From an uncultured Sediminibacterium sp. (lineage in GTDB: Bacteria; Bacteroidota; Bacteroidia; Chitinophagales; Chitinophagaceae): a stretch of 49,729 bases of DNA. Each line of letters starts with the position of its first letter. Position 1 is the first letter of the stretch. The stretch covers positions 1-49,729 of the forward strand of contig CAZAOF010000001.1 of NCBI GenBank assembly GCA_964486665.1, given 5' to 3'. Under the pieces are notes generated by a model. It ran no database searches and was not told the origin of the DNA. It saw only the letters and a program-made list of their open reading frames with translations. A program made the translations under genes and the position numbers. This document shows positions 1 to 9,035 of the stretch, one piece after another.

Positions 1-26
1 CCAACTAGGCTTACCTGAATACGAAA

Positions 27-1652
27 TTAAAAAATGTATTTAGTACTCAAGAAATTAGAATGATGGGAAGATACAATGTCGTTTATAATTTGCTTGTTTT
101 CTTCGGTTAACTTGGCAGCAACTAAAGACCTTATCGAAAAAGACCTCAAAGCATCCACTACCGATAAAGTACCTTCTGCACTATCTTTTCTTCCAGTAAA
201 AGGAAAGCTGTCAGGGCCTCTCTGACATTGGCAATTAATATTCACTCTACTCACTTGATTCACTAATGGATCAATTAAACTTGCAAGTTCAGATTTATTT
301 TTTGAGAAGATGCTGACTTGTTGTCCATGTGTAGATTCAATAATATATTGAATTGGTTCTTCAATATCATCAAATGGTATCACTGGAATAATTGGGCCAA
401 ACTGTTCTTCTGTATATATTTTCATTTTACGATTAACAGGAAATAAGATTGCAGGATAAAAGAAAGTTTCTTTAATCGTTCCACCGTTTTGATTCATTAC
501 ATTAGCTCCATGAAACTTTGCATCCTCTATTAAATCATTTAAATAAGCAGGCTTGCCAGGTTCAGGCAATGGTGTTAATGTGACTCCTTTTTCCCAAGGT
601 AGTCCAAACTTCAAACTTGCCACTTGTGCTTTCAATAGCTCAATAAATTCACTAGCAATGGATTGATGAACAAAGATTGTTTTTAATGCTGTACATCTTT
701 GACCATTAAATGAAAGTGCCCCTAAGACAGTTTCTTGCACTGCTAATTTTAAGTCTGCATCTTTGGTTATGATCGCTGCGTTTTTTGCATCTAACCCTAA
801 GATTGCTCTCAAGCGGTTTACTTTAGGATGTAGTTTTTTTAATTGATTGGCAACCTTACTAGATCCAATAAGTGTTAATACATTTATTTTTCCAGATTCC
901 ATTAATGCAGGTATGATGACATTGCCTCGACCATAAATTGTATTGACAACCCCTTTTGGAAAACAAGACTTAAACGCCTCTAACATGGGGTAATGTAATA
1001 ATGTACCGTGCTTTGGTGCCTTAAATAATAAAGTGTTACCCATTATAATTGCTGGGATAAGCGTAGTAAAAGTCTCATTCAAAGGATAATTAAACGGCCC
1101 CATACATAAAACAACGCCTAAAGGTGATCTTCTTATTTGAGCAACAATTCCTTGTTCTATTGTAAACCTGGAAGAATCTCTATCAATATCTTTTAACGCC
1201 TCTATGGTAGCGTAAATATATTCTACAGTTCTGTCAAATTCCTTTTCTGAATCTGCATATGTTTTACCAATCTCCCACATAATTAACTTTACAACAATCT
1301 CTTTTTGAGCTAACATTTTTGTAATAAAGTGTTCTACACAATGAATCCTTTGCGCAACTGACATCGTTGGCCATTCTCCTCTTCCGTCATTGTATGCCTT
1401 GCATGCAGCTTCCAAAGCAATATTGGCCTCTTTTTGTGTACATATAGGATAAGAGCCGATTTTAATACGCTGAGGACCTTCAGGCGTGTTCATGCAAATT
1501 GGAGAAAACACATCATGCATGGGTCCATCCCAGGTAACTAATTCACCATCAGATAAATAGGTCTTTTGATGAATAAGTTCAGTGAGTGCGTATCCCTCTG
1601 GTATTGCCTTTGTATCAATGATTAAATGGTCTAGTTGCTCTTGAAAAGTCAT
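27..1652 (-). CDS. gapN: Non-phosphorylating NADP-dependent glyceraldehyde-3-phosphate dehydrogenase (ALDH superfamily)
   Basis: ALDH motifs GPFNYP, catalytic Cys in GQRCTA, EEQFGP, PFTGRKDS; the LGLDAKN segment matches the long GapN type as I recall it. Confidence 0.8.
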   Translation of the reverse strand: MTFQEQLDHLIIDTKAIPEGYALTELIHQKTYLSDGELVTWDGPMHDVFSPICMNTPEGPQRIKIGSYPICTQKEANIALEAACKAYNDGRGEWPTMSVAQRIHCVEHFITKMLAQKEIVVKLIMWEIGKTYADSEKEFDRTVEYIYATIEALKDIDRDSSRFTIEQGIVAQIRRSPLGVVLCMGPFNYPLNETFTTLIPAIIMGNTLLFKAPKHGTLLHYPMLEAFKSCFPKGVVNTIYGRGNVIIPALMESGKINVLTLIGSSKVANQLKKLHPKVNRLRAILGLDAKNAAIITKDADLKLAVQETVLGALSFNGQRCTALKTIFVHQSIASEFIELLKAQVASLKFGLPWEKGVTLTPLPEPGKPAYLNDLIEDAKFHGANVMNQNGGTIKETFFYPAILFPVNRKMKIYTEEQFGPIIPVIPFDDIEEPIQYIIESTHGQQVSIFSKNKSELASLIDPLVNQVSRVNINCQCQRGPDSFPFTGRKDSAEGTLSVVDALRSFSIRSLVAAKLTEENKQIINDIVSSHHSNFLSTKYIF

Positions 1653-1726
1653 AATCTATTATTTGTGTATTGTATGTATAACAACGCTTTTGGCATTAAG
1701 TTGGGTTAAACTAGCTAGTGTATAGT

Positions 1727-2374
1727 TTAATGGTCTCTTTTAGTATGTATAAATCTAAATCTATATAAAAAGAAAGATAGGATTGCGAATAAAAATCCGA
1801 TGATGATTATAAAATAATTCATTGGCTTTTCTATAGTTAACGACATCCTCAGTAGTATGGTAGTAATGATAAAACTAGCATTCCGAAAAATGATAAAAAA
1901 AGAGGAGTGGTAAGTAAAAGAGATAATTAGCAATAAAACATCCACAAAAATCATGATTGAGAAAAAGTCTTCATAAAAAACAGTATTTGGATTTGGGTAA
2001 TGGTCATTGACTTTCAACGCTTCTAACATATCTACAGACCAATTAAACAAACTAGTGATACTTAACACAAATAAGACCAAGATCATGCTCAACGAAACTA
2101 CTTTTTTAATATTGATAAACTTACTTAACTCCTTAATCCCTTCTGTCTTATTATTGCTATGATAAATTTTATAATAGGCTATGGTGAGTCCAAGCATAAT
2201 AATTGAAGCCCCTAAGTCATATAATAAACTAATAAAAGCAGGATGCTGAAAATGTATTGCTTCATGAATGTCAAAGTCGGCAATGTCATGGAAAAAACTC
2301 CTTAATGTAATTAAGGTAATTACTTCAAATTGTTTTCCGATAAATTCCGAGATTGAATTGGGTATAATAATCAC
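1727..2374 (-). CDS. Multi-pass membrane protein of unknown function; 5' end uncertain (frame open upstream to 2455)
   Basis: About 5-6 hydrophobic helices; GTG start given, but 27 more in-frame codons containing a hydrophobic stretch lie upstream. Confidence 0.6.
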   Translation of the reverse strand: MIIIPNSISEFIGKQFEVITLITLRSFFHDIADFDIHEAIHFQHPAFISLLYDLGASIIMLGLTIAYYKIYHSNNKTEGIKELSKFINIKKVVSLSMILVLFVLSITSLFNWSVDMLEALKVNDHYPNPNTVFYEDFFSIMIFVDVLLLIISFTYHSSFFIIFRNASFIITTILLRMSLTIEKPMNYFIIIIGFLFAILSFFLYRFRFIHTKRDH

Positions 2375-2451
2375 TAAAAGAAAAACTTCATAAAACAGAA
2401 TAAAACTAAAAGGCGTATAAATAGCCTTTAAGTAACTATGTTGAAAGTTTA

Positions 2452-2547
2452 TTATTTATATCCTTTAAACTTGTTAAGCGATAAAACAAAACCGACACCA
2501 AATAACAAAGTGATCAAAGCAGCGAAATAGGGTATAATATCAATCAT
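2452..2547 (-). CDS. 31-aa single-TM peptide MIDIIPYFAALITLLFGVGFVLSLNKFKGYK (absent from ORF track)
   Basis: ATG at 2547 overlaps the upstream gene end (ATGATTGA); one hydrophobic helix followed by a basic tail. Confidence 0.55.
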   Translation of the reverse strand: MIDIIPYFAALITLLFGVGFVLSLNKFKGYK

Positions 2548-2722
2548 TTTGTTTATTTATTAATTTTAAGAAAATCGCGAACCCTAAAATTGAGGGAACC
2601 CATAGTCCAATAAAAATAGCAGCTTCTTTTTCGCCCTTAAACCATAATAGCTCGGAAAAAATGAGGGATGAAAACGCTGCTATAAGCATTAACATATCGG
2701 ATGTAGTCAGTTTCTTTAACAT
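2540..2722 (-). CDS. Small two-TM membrane protein (60 aa)
   Basis: MLKKLTT... start preferred; two hydrophobic helices, GLWVPSIL segment; TATATTTAG -7-like element upstream. Confidence 0.65.
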   Translation of the reverse strand: MLKKLTTSDMLMLIAAFSSLIFSELLWFKGEKEAAIFIGLWVPSILGFAIFLKLINKQND

Positions 2723-2851
2723 TTTGAATTTGTGATTGTATCTAAATATACACCTAAATAGTCCTAATAAATTTTTTAAAAATAATATTGTCGTTACTTG
2801 CTTGACTGTCAAGCAAGTAATCATTTACTATGTCTTAAAATAAAAATTAAC

Positions 2852-2880
2852 TAAACAATTCTATAAAACAAATGTTATAA
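2852..2880 (+). promoter_or_regulatory. Candidate ECF-type promoter (TAAAC-N17-GTTAT) for fasciclin gene
   Basis: TAAAC at 2852 and GTTAT at 2874; same 22-nt offset as the three TAAAC/GTCT promoters at 45427, 48671 and 49247. Confidence 0.4.
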
Positions 2881-2896
2881 GTTAAAACAATACAAA

Positions 2897-3409
2897 ATGA
2901 AAATTAAAAATTTATTACTTGCATTATTTGCAATAGTAGCTAGCACAATCACTGTTAATGCTCAAAAGACAATTGTAGACGTTGCCGTAGGATCAAACGA
3001 TCATACAACTTTAGTTGCAGCTGTTAAAGCCGCTGACTTAGTAGCAACTTTACAAAGCGCTGGTCCTTTTACTGTATTTGCACCAACTAATGCTGCATTT
3101 GCAAAACTTCCAGCAGGTACAGTTGAGTACCTTTTAAAAGCAGAAAACAAAGCTACTTTAGCTAAAATTTTAACTTACCACGTTGTGGCAGGTAGCTTCA
3201 ATGCAGCAGCTGTTGTAAAAGCAATTAAAGATGGCGGTGGTTCAGTTACTTTAAAGACTGTAAGTGGTGGCAATTTAGTTGCTTCTATCAAAGAAGGTAA
3301 AGTAATCTTAACTGACGAAAAAGGTGCTGTTTCAACTGTAGTTGCTACAGATCTAGCTGCAAACAATGGCTTGATCCATGTAGTAGATGCTGTAGTATTA
3401 CCGAAATAA
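2897..3409 (+). CDS. Secreted fasciclin (FAS1) domain protein
   Basis: Signal peptide; FTVFAPTNAAF, ILTYHVV and NGLIHVVDAV motifs. Confidence 0.93.
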   Translation: MKIKNLLLALFAIVASTITVNAQKTIVDVAVGSNDHTTLVAAVKAADLVATLQSAGPFTVFAPTNAAFAKLPAGTVEYLLKAENKATLAKILTYHVVAGSFNAAAVVKAIKDGGGSVTLKTVSGGNLVASIKEGKVILTDEKGAVSTVVATDLAANNGLIHVVDAVVLPK

Positions 3410-3431
3410 TTGACAATTTCAAAAATGCTCA

Positions 3432-3467
3432 AAAAAGCCCCTATGCATATATGCATAGGGGCTTTTT
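3432..3467. terminator. Bidirectional intrinsic terminator (perfect 36-bp palindrome)
   Basis: AAAAAGCCCCTATGCATA/TATGCATAGGGGCTTTTT between convergent genes. Confidence 0.85.
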
Positions 3468-3507
3468 AGTTGATTATATTACAATAAAATGAAACTATTT
3501 TAAACTT

Positions 3508-4473
3508 TTAATGCTTCAAAGGCTTCTTCTTAATCATTCCACCCTTTGTGTCTTTAACACTATGCATCACGACAAATGCATTGGGATCTATCCTTTCGAT
3601 TTCTGTTTTTATTTTATTCATCTCCAGTCTGGTCACAACCGTATATAAGATATTTACTTCCCCCATCTCACCTCTTGTACCAAAACCCCTTTCTCCTTTG
3701 TACACAGTAATACCTCTACCCATTTTATTGATAATCATTTCTTTGATTTCATCATAATGTGTAGAAACTATAGTAACACCCATGTATTCATCTATCCCTT
3801 CAATAATAAAATCAAGTGTTTTTGACGCAGCTAAATAAGTGACCATCGAAAATAAAGCAATCTCTACGGAAAGAAAATACATGGCTGCAGAAAAAATTAA
3901 AACATTAATGAGTATGATAATATCACCTATAGTAGTGCCTAATTTTTTACTTAGATAAATGGCCAAAATTTCAGTGCCGTCAATGACAGCGCCACCTCTA
4001 ATCGAAAATCCTATGCCTGCACCTAAGAAAGTGCCGCCAAAAATTGCAACAAGAATTTGATTATTAGTCACATTAGGAAATTCAACTATTGCCAAACACA
4101 ATGCTAATCCTGCAATAGCCATTGTTGTTTTTAAAGCGAAATGCTTACCTATTATATTATACCCTAAAATAATAAATGGAATATTAATGAGGATGATAAT
4201 GGCGTACAAAGGGAATGTAGTAAGATTAGAGAGCAATAGTGAAATCCCCGTAGCACCTCCGTCGATAAATTGATTCGGAAATAGGAAACCTTTTAAACCA
4301 AAAGAAGCAGAAAAAATTCCAATTGTAATTAAAATGGTATCCTTGATATTTCTTTTAATAAGCAATAGGAAGTCCCTGTATGCTTTTGCATATAAATAAT
4401 TAGAAGCATCTAAATTTGAACGCTTTTCGACTAATTGGGTTTTATCTAAGAATGACCTTAAAAGATTGTTCAT
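3508..4473 (-). CDS. YitT family membrane protein (DUF161 + DUF2179)
   Basis: IDGGATG and GAVIDGTEILA repeats; C-terminal GRGITVY...IDPNAFV domain. Confidence 0.88.
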   Translation of the reverse strand: MNNLLRSFLDKTQLVEKRSNLDASNYLYAKAYRDFLLLIKRNIKDTILITIGIFSASFGLKGFLFPNQFIDGGATGISLLLSNLTTFPLYAIIILINIPFIILGYNIIGKHFALKTTMAIAGLALCLAIVEFPNVTNNQILVAIFGGTFLGAGIGFSIRGGAVIDGTEILAIYLSKKLGTTIGDIIILINVLIFSAAMYFLSVEIALFSMVTYLAASKTLDFIIEGIDEYMGVTIVSTHYDEIKEMIINKMGRGITVYKGERGFGTRGEMGEVNILYTVVTRLEMNKIKTEIERIDPNAFVVMHSVKDTKGGMIKKKPLKH

Positions 4474-4548
4474 AGACAAATTTACAAATTAAGTATAATA
4501 AATTTGTTAAAAGCGTACTTGAGAAATTAAAAGATAGATTGAATACAA

Positions 4549-4770
4549 TTATTGGTCAAAGAAAGAGTTGAATAACTTAAAAGCAATAAGCAGTATAAAA
4601 AAAATTAATATAGTAATGCCCCAAATGACTATGGAAGAGAAAAAAAATTCAATGAAAAATGTATGATAGCTTATAATTTTACTAGAATCTAATATTGACA
4701 ACAAAGAAGTTATTGCACAAGAAAAGAGATAAAGTAAAAGAAGTTTAGTTTGAATTTTCATGTATTCCAT
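4549..4770 (-). CDS. Small hydrophobic two-TM hypothetical protein
   Basis: 73-aa ORF with two hydrophobic stretches; TAATTTTG -7 element about 110 nt upstream. Confidence 0.5.
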   Translation of the reverse strand: MEYMKIQTKLLLLYLFSCAITSLLSILDSSKIISYHTFFIEFFFSSIVIWGITILIFFILLIAFKLFNSFFDQ

Positions 4771-4787
4771 TTGAAAAGTTCAAACTT

Positions 4788-4821
4788 CTTGTACCTGTTC
4801 CCCCCCGAGACCAGGTACAAG
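4788..4821 (-). promoter_or_regulatory. Leader hairpin with G7 loop
   Basis: 10-bp perfect stem CTTGTACCTG/CAGGTACAAG; loop GTCTCGGGGGGGAA on the minus strand; no U-tract. Confidence 0.45.
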
Positions 4822-4932
4822 GTCTGAAACTCTACTACAATAAAATCGTATAATTACTCCTACTGTATTATTGTAAGGCAAAATTAACTAGGTAAAATAA
4901 CATGGCTATAGACCCTAAGGTTCATATTTTAT

Positions 4933-5529
4933 TTAAATAGCAGTATTATTGCTAGCCCATTTTAATAAGCTGTTTTTCTCATTCGTCAAGTTCAATTTTT
5001 GGATAATATTATGACGATGGTTTTTTATGGTTTTCTCTGAAACAAACAATTGAGCGGCAATTTCTTTCGAACTTAGTTGTTGAGAAATTAATTTCACAAT
5101 TTTATATTCAGTTAAGGTAAGTTTCTCTAAAACTGAATGATGAACCTGTTTACTTGATATGTAATTAAATGCCATTTGTATGGTCACTTTTACTTGATCC
5201 TCTTTCCAAGGCTTAACGATATAGTTTAAAGGATCGGTTTCTTGTGCATCCTTTAATGTGACACTTTTAGTCACAGCAGTGATAAATATAATTTCCACTT
5301 TAGGTAAAATACTATTCGCAGCTTTTGCAAAATCAATCCCCGTTTTATTATGCTTAAGATTAATATCACAAATTATTAAGTGCGGGTTAAAATTATTTAA
5401 TGCATCAATCCCCTTTTCAAAACTATCTACAATCTCTGTGTGATAGCCTTCTTTATTTAAAAACTCACTTAAATCAAGGGCTTGTAAAAGCTCGTCTTCT
5501 AATATTAAAATTCTTTTGTCTTTAATCAT
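4933..5529 (-). CDS. Response regulator (receiver + LuxR/NarL HTH)
   Basis: ILEDE, IICDINL and YIVKP receiver motifs; SSKEIAAQLFVSEKTIKNHR HTH. Confidence 0.92.
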   Translation of the reverse strand: MIKDKRILILEDELLQALDLSEFLNKEGYHTEIVDSFEKGIDALNNFNPHLIICDINLKHNKTGIDFAKAANSILPKVEIIFITAVTKSVTLKDAQETDPLNYIVKPWKEDQVKVTIQMAFNYISSKQVHHSVLEKLTLTEYKIVKLISQQLSSKEIAAQLFVSEKTIKNHRHNIIQKLNLTNEKNSLLKWASNNTAI

Positions 5530-5530
5530 A

Positions 5531-7579
5531 TCAAATACTAAATGTTATGGTATGTTCTACCCCCTCTTTATGAAATAAATTATATTTTGCCTCAAGTTGT
5601 TGGCATAAGGTTTGAATTAGTTTTAAACCTAAACTTTGATCATTCACTTTTGTCATGTCAAAGCCTGGGCCATTATCCTTGATTAAAAGCGTACACGTAT
5701 TGTTTTTCACTTGTAAGTCTATATTCACTTCTATTTGATACGTTGCTTTACTGGCATGTTTGAAAATATTTGAGACAATTTCATTAATAATTAATCCTAA
5801 TAAAATAATCTTCTCTAATTTAATTTCAACCGAATCGATTGAATAAATAAAAACAACCTTATTTTCATTATCCTGAAATGAATGTCTTAGATGATCCACT
5901 AATTTTATTGCGTACTCCTTAAAATTAGTCATTTCTATATTTTCATCTGCATACAGGCTTTCGTGAACAATGGCCATTGAATTAATTCTGTTTTGAATAG
6001 AAGTTACCAACTCAATTGTGTGTTCATCATCGATTCTTCGCTTTTGGATATTTAATAAACTATATATATTTTGTAAATTATTTTTTACCCTATGGTGTAA
6101 TTCTTTAATTAACTGTTCATTATACTCACTTTTTTGTAGGTTATTGCGTGCATAAACTTCTAACAATCGATTTTTCGCTTCAATTAATTTTTTGCTATTT
6201 TCCTTTTGTCTTAAATTCCTCAAAACAAGTATAATAACAATTAAAAAAGTAACTAAACCTGCTATTGATAAATATAGCTGGCCCTCTTGTATACTCGAAG
6301 CTAGCTTTGTCTTTACTAATTCGTTTTGAGTGACTACCAATTCTTTTCTCCTTTTCTCAATTTCCATTTTTGCTGTAAGCAAAGAAGATTGATTTTTGAG
6401 AATATTGTAAGTAGATGAGTCTTTAAAGTGATTATATGTTTGCAAATAATGAAATGCGGAATCATCATTTCCTATTGCATGAAAATAATCAGATTTTGTT
6501 TTGAAATAATTCACTTCAACTTTCCCAATTGTTCTTCCTGCTATATAAAAAGCAACACTATCGAGCGTTATTTTAGCTTTTTGTAATTCGCCAGTCTTAA
6601 TATAACAAATGCTTAAAGGAAAAAGACTATTTAATCTATACTCCCCTGTACTTAGGCTTAAAAAATATAAATGCAATTTTTTTGCAGTAACAAAATCACC
6701 CCTTTCCATATAACAATTACCTATCAATCCATTAAACCATCCAATCCAATACGTAAAATTACCTTCCTCTTGCACCTGTCTAAGGGCAATCTTTTTTAAT
6801 AATCGCTCAGTTTCACTTAAGCCAATTTTAAAATATTTTTCTGCACTGTCTATTTGCTTTGACTCAAAATATAAATCGCCTAATCTTAAATAATAAACTA
6901 GTCTTTTTCTAGAGTCATTTTCGGGCAAAGGCTCAAAAAGCTTATAATCGTCAATGGCTTCTTTAAACAAACCGCATGAAGCATAAATTTCCCAAAATGT
7001 TTTGATGAAACCATGCTCAATCCGCTCATTTCTAATTTTCAAAACATTCGCCATTTGATTAAAAAAGCGATACTCTTCTTCTAATTTTATCAATACCCTT
7101 TCAAATAAGCTTTTATCTAGCTTTTTTTTATTTAGATATAAATATTCAAGCACTGGCAATCCTTCTTTAAAAGAAGACCTTGTGTGACAAACAAAAGAAA
7201 GCGGATAAGCAATTTTTAATCTTAGCGCATCATTATTCTGTTGAATAGCCTGATTGTATTTTTTTTCAAAAATTTCCTGCCAGACACCAGAAGGTAACTT
7301 GTCGTATATGACATTATGATGATTTTTGTTTAAACTATCCCACACTTTGATCAAATACAGCGTATAATCCGGCGAATTATTTACAAACGCATCTTGAATT
7401 TTTAATTGTTTTAATTGATCATTGTATACGTTGTAATTGGTTTTATTAATTTGTCCAAAAGAATTAATTGAAAAAAGGAAGGACAAAAGAACTGTTACAA
7501 AAAATTGATTCAATTTTTGTAACAGTTGATTTTCTTGCGAGAAATTATAAAGGCGTTTTGAAAAAAAGTGTATTGACAT
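5531..7579 (-). CDS. Membrane sensor histidine kinase (TPR-like periplasmic region, HisKA_2/HWE-type)
   Basis: H-box ELHHRVKNNLQ, N-box NEIVSNIFKH, DNGPG and SLGLKL; TM at LYLSIAGLVTFLIVIILVL. Confidence 0.92.
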   Translation of the reverse strand: MSIHFFSKRLYNFSQENQLLQKLNQFFVTVLLSFLFSINSFGQINKTNYNVYNDQLKQLKIQDAFVNNSPDYTLYLIKVWDSLNKNHHNVIYDKLPSGVWQEIFEKKYNQAIQQNNDALRLKIAYPLSFVCHTRSSFKEGLPVLEYLYLNKKKLDKSLFERVLIKLEEEYRFFNQMANVLKIRNERIEHGFIKTFWEIYASCGLFKEAIDDYKLFEPLPENDSRKRLVYYLRLGDLYFESKQIDSAEKYFKIGLSETERLLKKIALRQVQEEGNFTYWIGWFNGLIGNCYMERGDFVTAKKLHLYFLSLSTGEYRLNSLFPLSICYIKTGELQKAKITLDSVAFYIAGRTIGKVEVNYFKTKSDYFHAIGNDDSAFHYLQTYNHFKDSSTYNILKNQSSLLTAKMEIEKRRKELVVTQNELVKTKLASSIQEGQLYLSIAGLVTFLIVIILVLRNLRQKENSKKLIEAKNRLLEVYARNNLQKSEYNEQLIKELHHRVKNNLQNIYSLLNIQKRRIDDEHTIELVTSIQNRINSMAIVHESLYADENIEMTNFKEYAIKLVDHLRHSFQDNENKVVFIYSIDSVEIKLEKIILLGLIINEIVSNIFKHASKATYQIEVNIDLQVKNNTCTLLIKDNGPGFDMTKVNDQSLGLKLIQTLCQQLEAKYNLFHKEGVEHTITFSI

Positions 7580-7698
7580 TGATTTGTGCTTTAAAACTAA
7601 AGCATTTTCGTTATTTTTAGCAAAACTTATTAACTAGTTTAAGATCACAAATTACAAACTAGACGCTTGCTTTTGTTTTAAATATTTATTTTCTTCAT

Positions 7699-8673
7699 AT
7701 GACAAAGAAATGGTTGTTGATTTACTTTATAATAGGCCTATCAGTTTGTTCTTCTGCACAAGAGACTATTATCAATAATATAAATAGTGGATTTAAGGTC
7801 GTACCACTTGGCGTTAAAGGTGGATTAGACGAATCTAATTTGTCAGCATACTTAGTTGCTGCAAAGGGGAGTGATCAATACCTATGCTTGGACGCAGGAA
7901 CTATTTACAAAGGCCTTCAATTAGCAATTGAAAAAAAATTATTCACTGAAAAAGACCCAAGTGTTGTCCAGCAAAAACATATAAATAGCTATTTTATCTC
8001 TCACGCTCACTTAGATCATACAGCTGGATTAATTATGAACTCCCCTAATGATCTTCAGAAGAAATTATATGGTCTTCCGTCGGTTTTAGATGTATTTAAA
8101 AAAAATTACTTCACCTGGTCTGCATGGGCCAATTTCGGTAACGAAGGCGAAGCGCCCGTTTTAAAAAAATATACCTATCAAAATTTGATTGCTGACAAGG
8201 AGTTGCCTATAGAAAATACGAATTTATTTGTTACCCCTTTTGTCCTAAGCCATGTCAAGCCTTATGAGAGTACTGCCTTTTTAATAAGGAATCAAGATAA
8301 ATACATACTTTACTTAGGTGATACTGGTGCAGATGCTGTGGAACAGTCAACCCAACTAGAACAGCTTTGGAAAACAATCGCGCCAATGATTAATAAACAT
8401 CAATTATTAGGCCTGTTTATAGAAGTTTCTTTTGATAATAGTGTTCCAGAAAAGTCGCTTTTTGGTCATTTAACACCTGCTTTATTGATGAAGGAGATGA
8501 CAAAATTAAATTCATTCGCCAATGGTCAATTAAATACAGTACCCATATATATTACTCATTTGAAGCCTTGTGCTAATTGTGAATCAAATATCAAACAGCA
8601 AATTGAGCAGGGAAATCAGCTTCGTTTAAATATACACTACCCAGTACAAGCTGTGGCGATTGAATTACATTAA
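7699..8673 (+). CDS. Exported class II 3',5'-cyclic-nucleotide phosphodiesterase (MBL fold, CpdP-like)
   Basis: Signal peptide; LGVKGGLDESN, LDAGT, HAHLDHTAGL, GDTG, GHLTP and ITHLKP motifs. Confidence 0.85.
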   Translation: MTKKWLLIYFIIGLSVCSSAQETIINNINSGFKVVPLGVKGGLDESNLSAYLVAAKGSDQYLCLDAGTIYKGLQLAIEKKLFTEKDPSVVQQKHINSYFISHAHLDHTAGLIMNSPNDLQKKLYGLPSVLDVFKKNYFTWSAWANFGNEGEAPVLKKYTYQNLIADKELPIENTNLFVTPFVLSHVKPYESTAFLIRNQDKYILYLGDTGADAVEQSTQLEQLWKTIAPMINKHQLLGLFIEVSFDNSVPEKSLFGHLTPALLMKEMTKLNSFANGQLNTVPIYITHLKPCANCESNIKQQIEQGNQLRLNIHYPVQAVAIELH

Positions 8674-8707
8674 TAATTCAATATCTTTAATCATAAAATC
8701 AACAATT

Positions 8708-8929
8708 ATGTCAACAAAAATTACAGTTAACAACAACGGATCTTTAAAAATAGAAGGCGAATTTACTATTGTAGACAGAGAAGGAAATGCCTATGATTTA
8801 GGTGGCAGAAACGTGTTAGGGCTATGCAGATGCGGGTTAAGTAAAAATAAACCTTTTTGCGACGGCGCACACAACGGACAATTTGAGCACCAAGCTACTG
8901 CGTTTGCACTTCCACCAAAAAAAGCATAG
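8708..8929 (+). CDS. CDGSH iron-sulfur domain protein
   Basis: LCRCGLSKNKPFCDGAH motif; ATG at 8708. Confidence 0.92.
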   Translation: MSTKITVNNNGSLKIEGEFTIVDREGNAYDLGGRNVLGLCRCGLSKNKPFCDGAHNGQFEHQATAFALPPKKA

Positions 8930-8956
8930 TCAAAATCCAAATTAGATACACTGTAT

Positions 8957-8995
8957 CATAAAAAAGGGGCTAATTTTATTAGTCCCTTTTTTATG
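8957..8995 (+). terminator. Intrinsic terminator
   Basis: AAAAAAGGGGCTAAT-loop-ATTAGTCCCTTTTTT. Confidence 0.8.
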
Positions 8996-9035
8996 CAATT
9001 TTAAGCCGTAGCTTTGCATTTCAAAAGAACAAATA

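Noticed and set aside
2452..2472. TTTAAAG as a -1 frameshift site fusing the 31-aa peptide to the downstream membrane protein
   Set aside because: The heptamer is in the wrong register and a TAA at 2458-2456 blocks the shifted frame
2723..2824. N-terminal extension of the 94-aa ORF; similar extensions at 8660, 18243, 21214, 44041 and 49266
   Set aside because: The extensions run through promoter-like sequence; downstream ATGs give better protein starts
7620..7660. Possible Pho boxes upstream of the cAMP phosphodiesterase (also checked GDPD and S41)
   Set aside because: TAAC-like words lack a consistent 11-bp period or are too degenerate for AT-rich DNA
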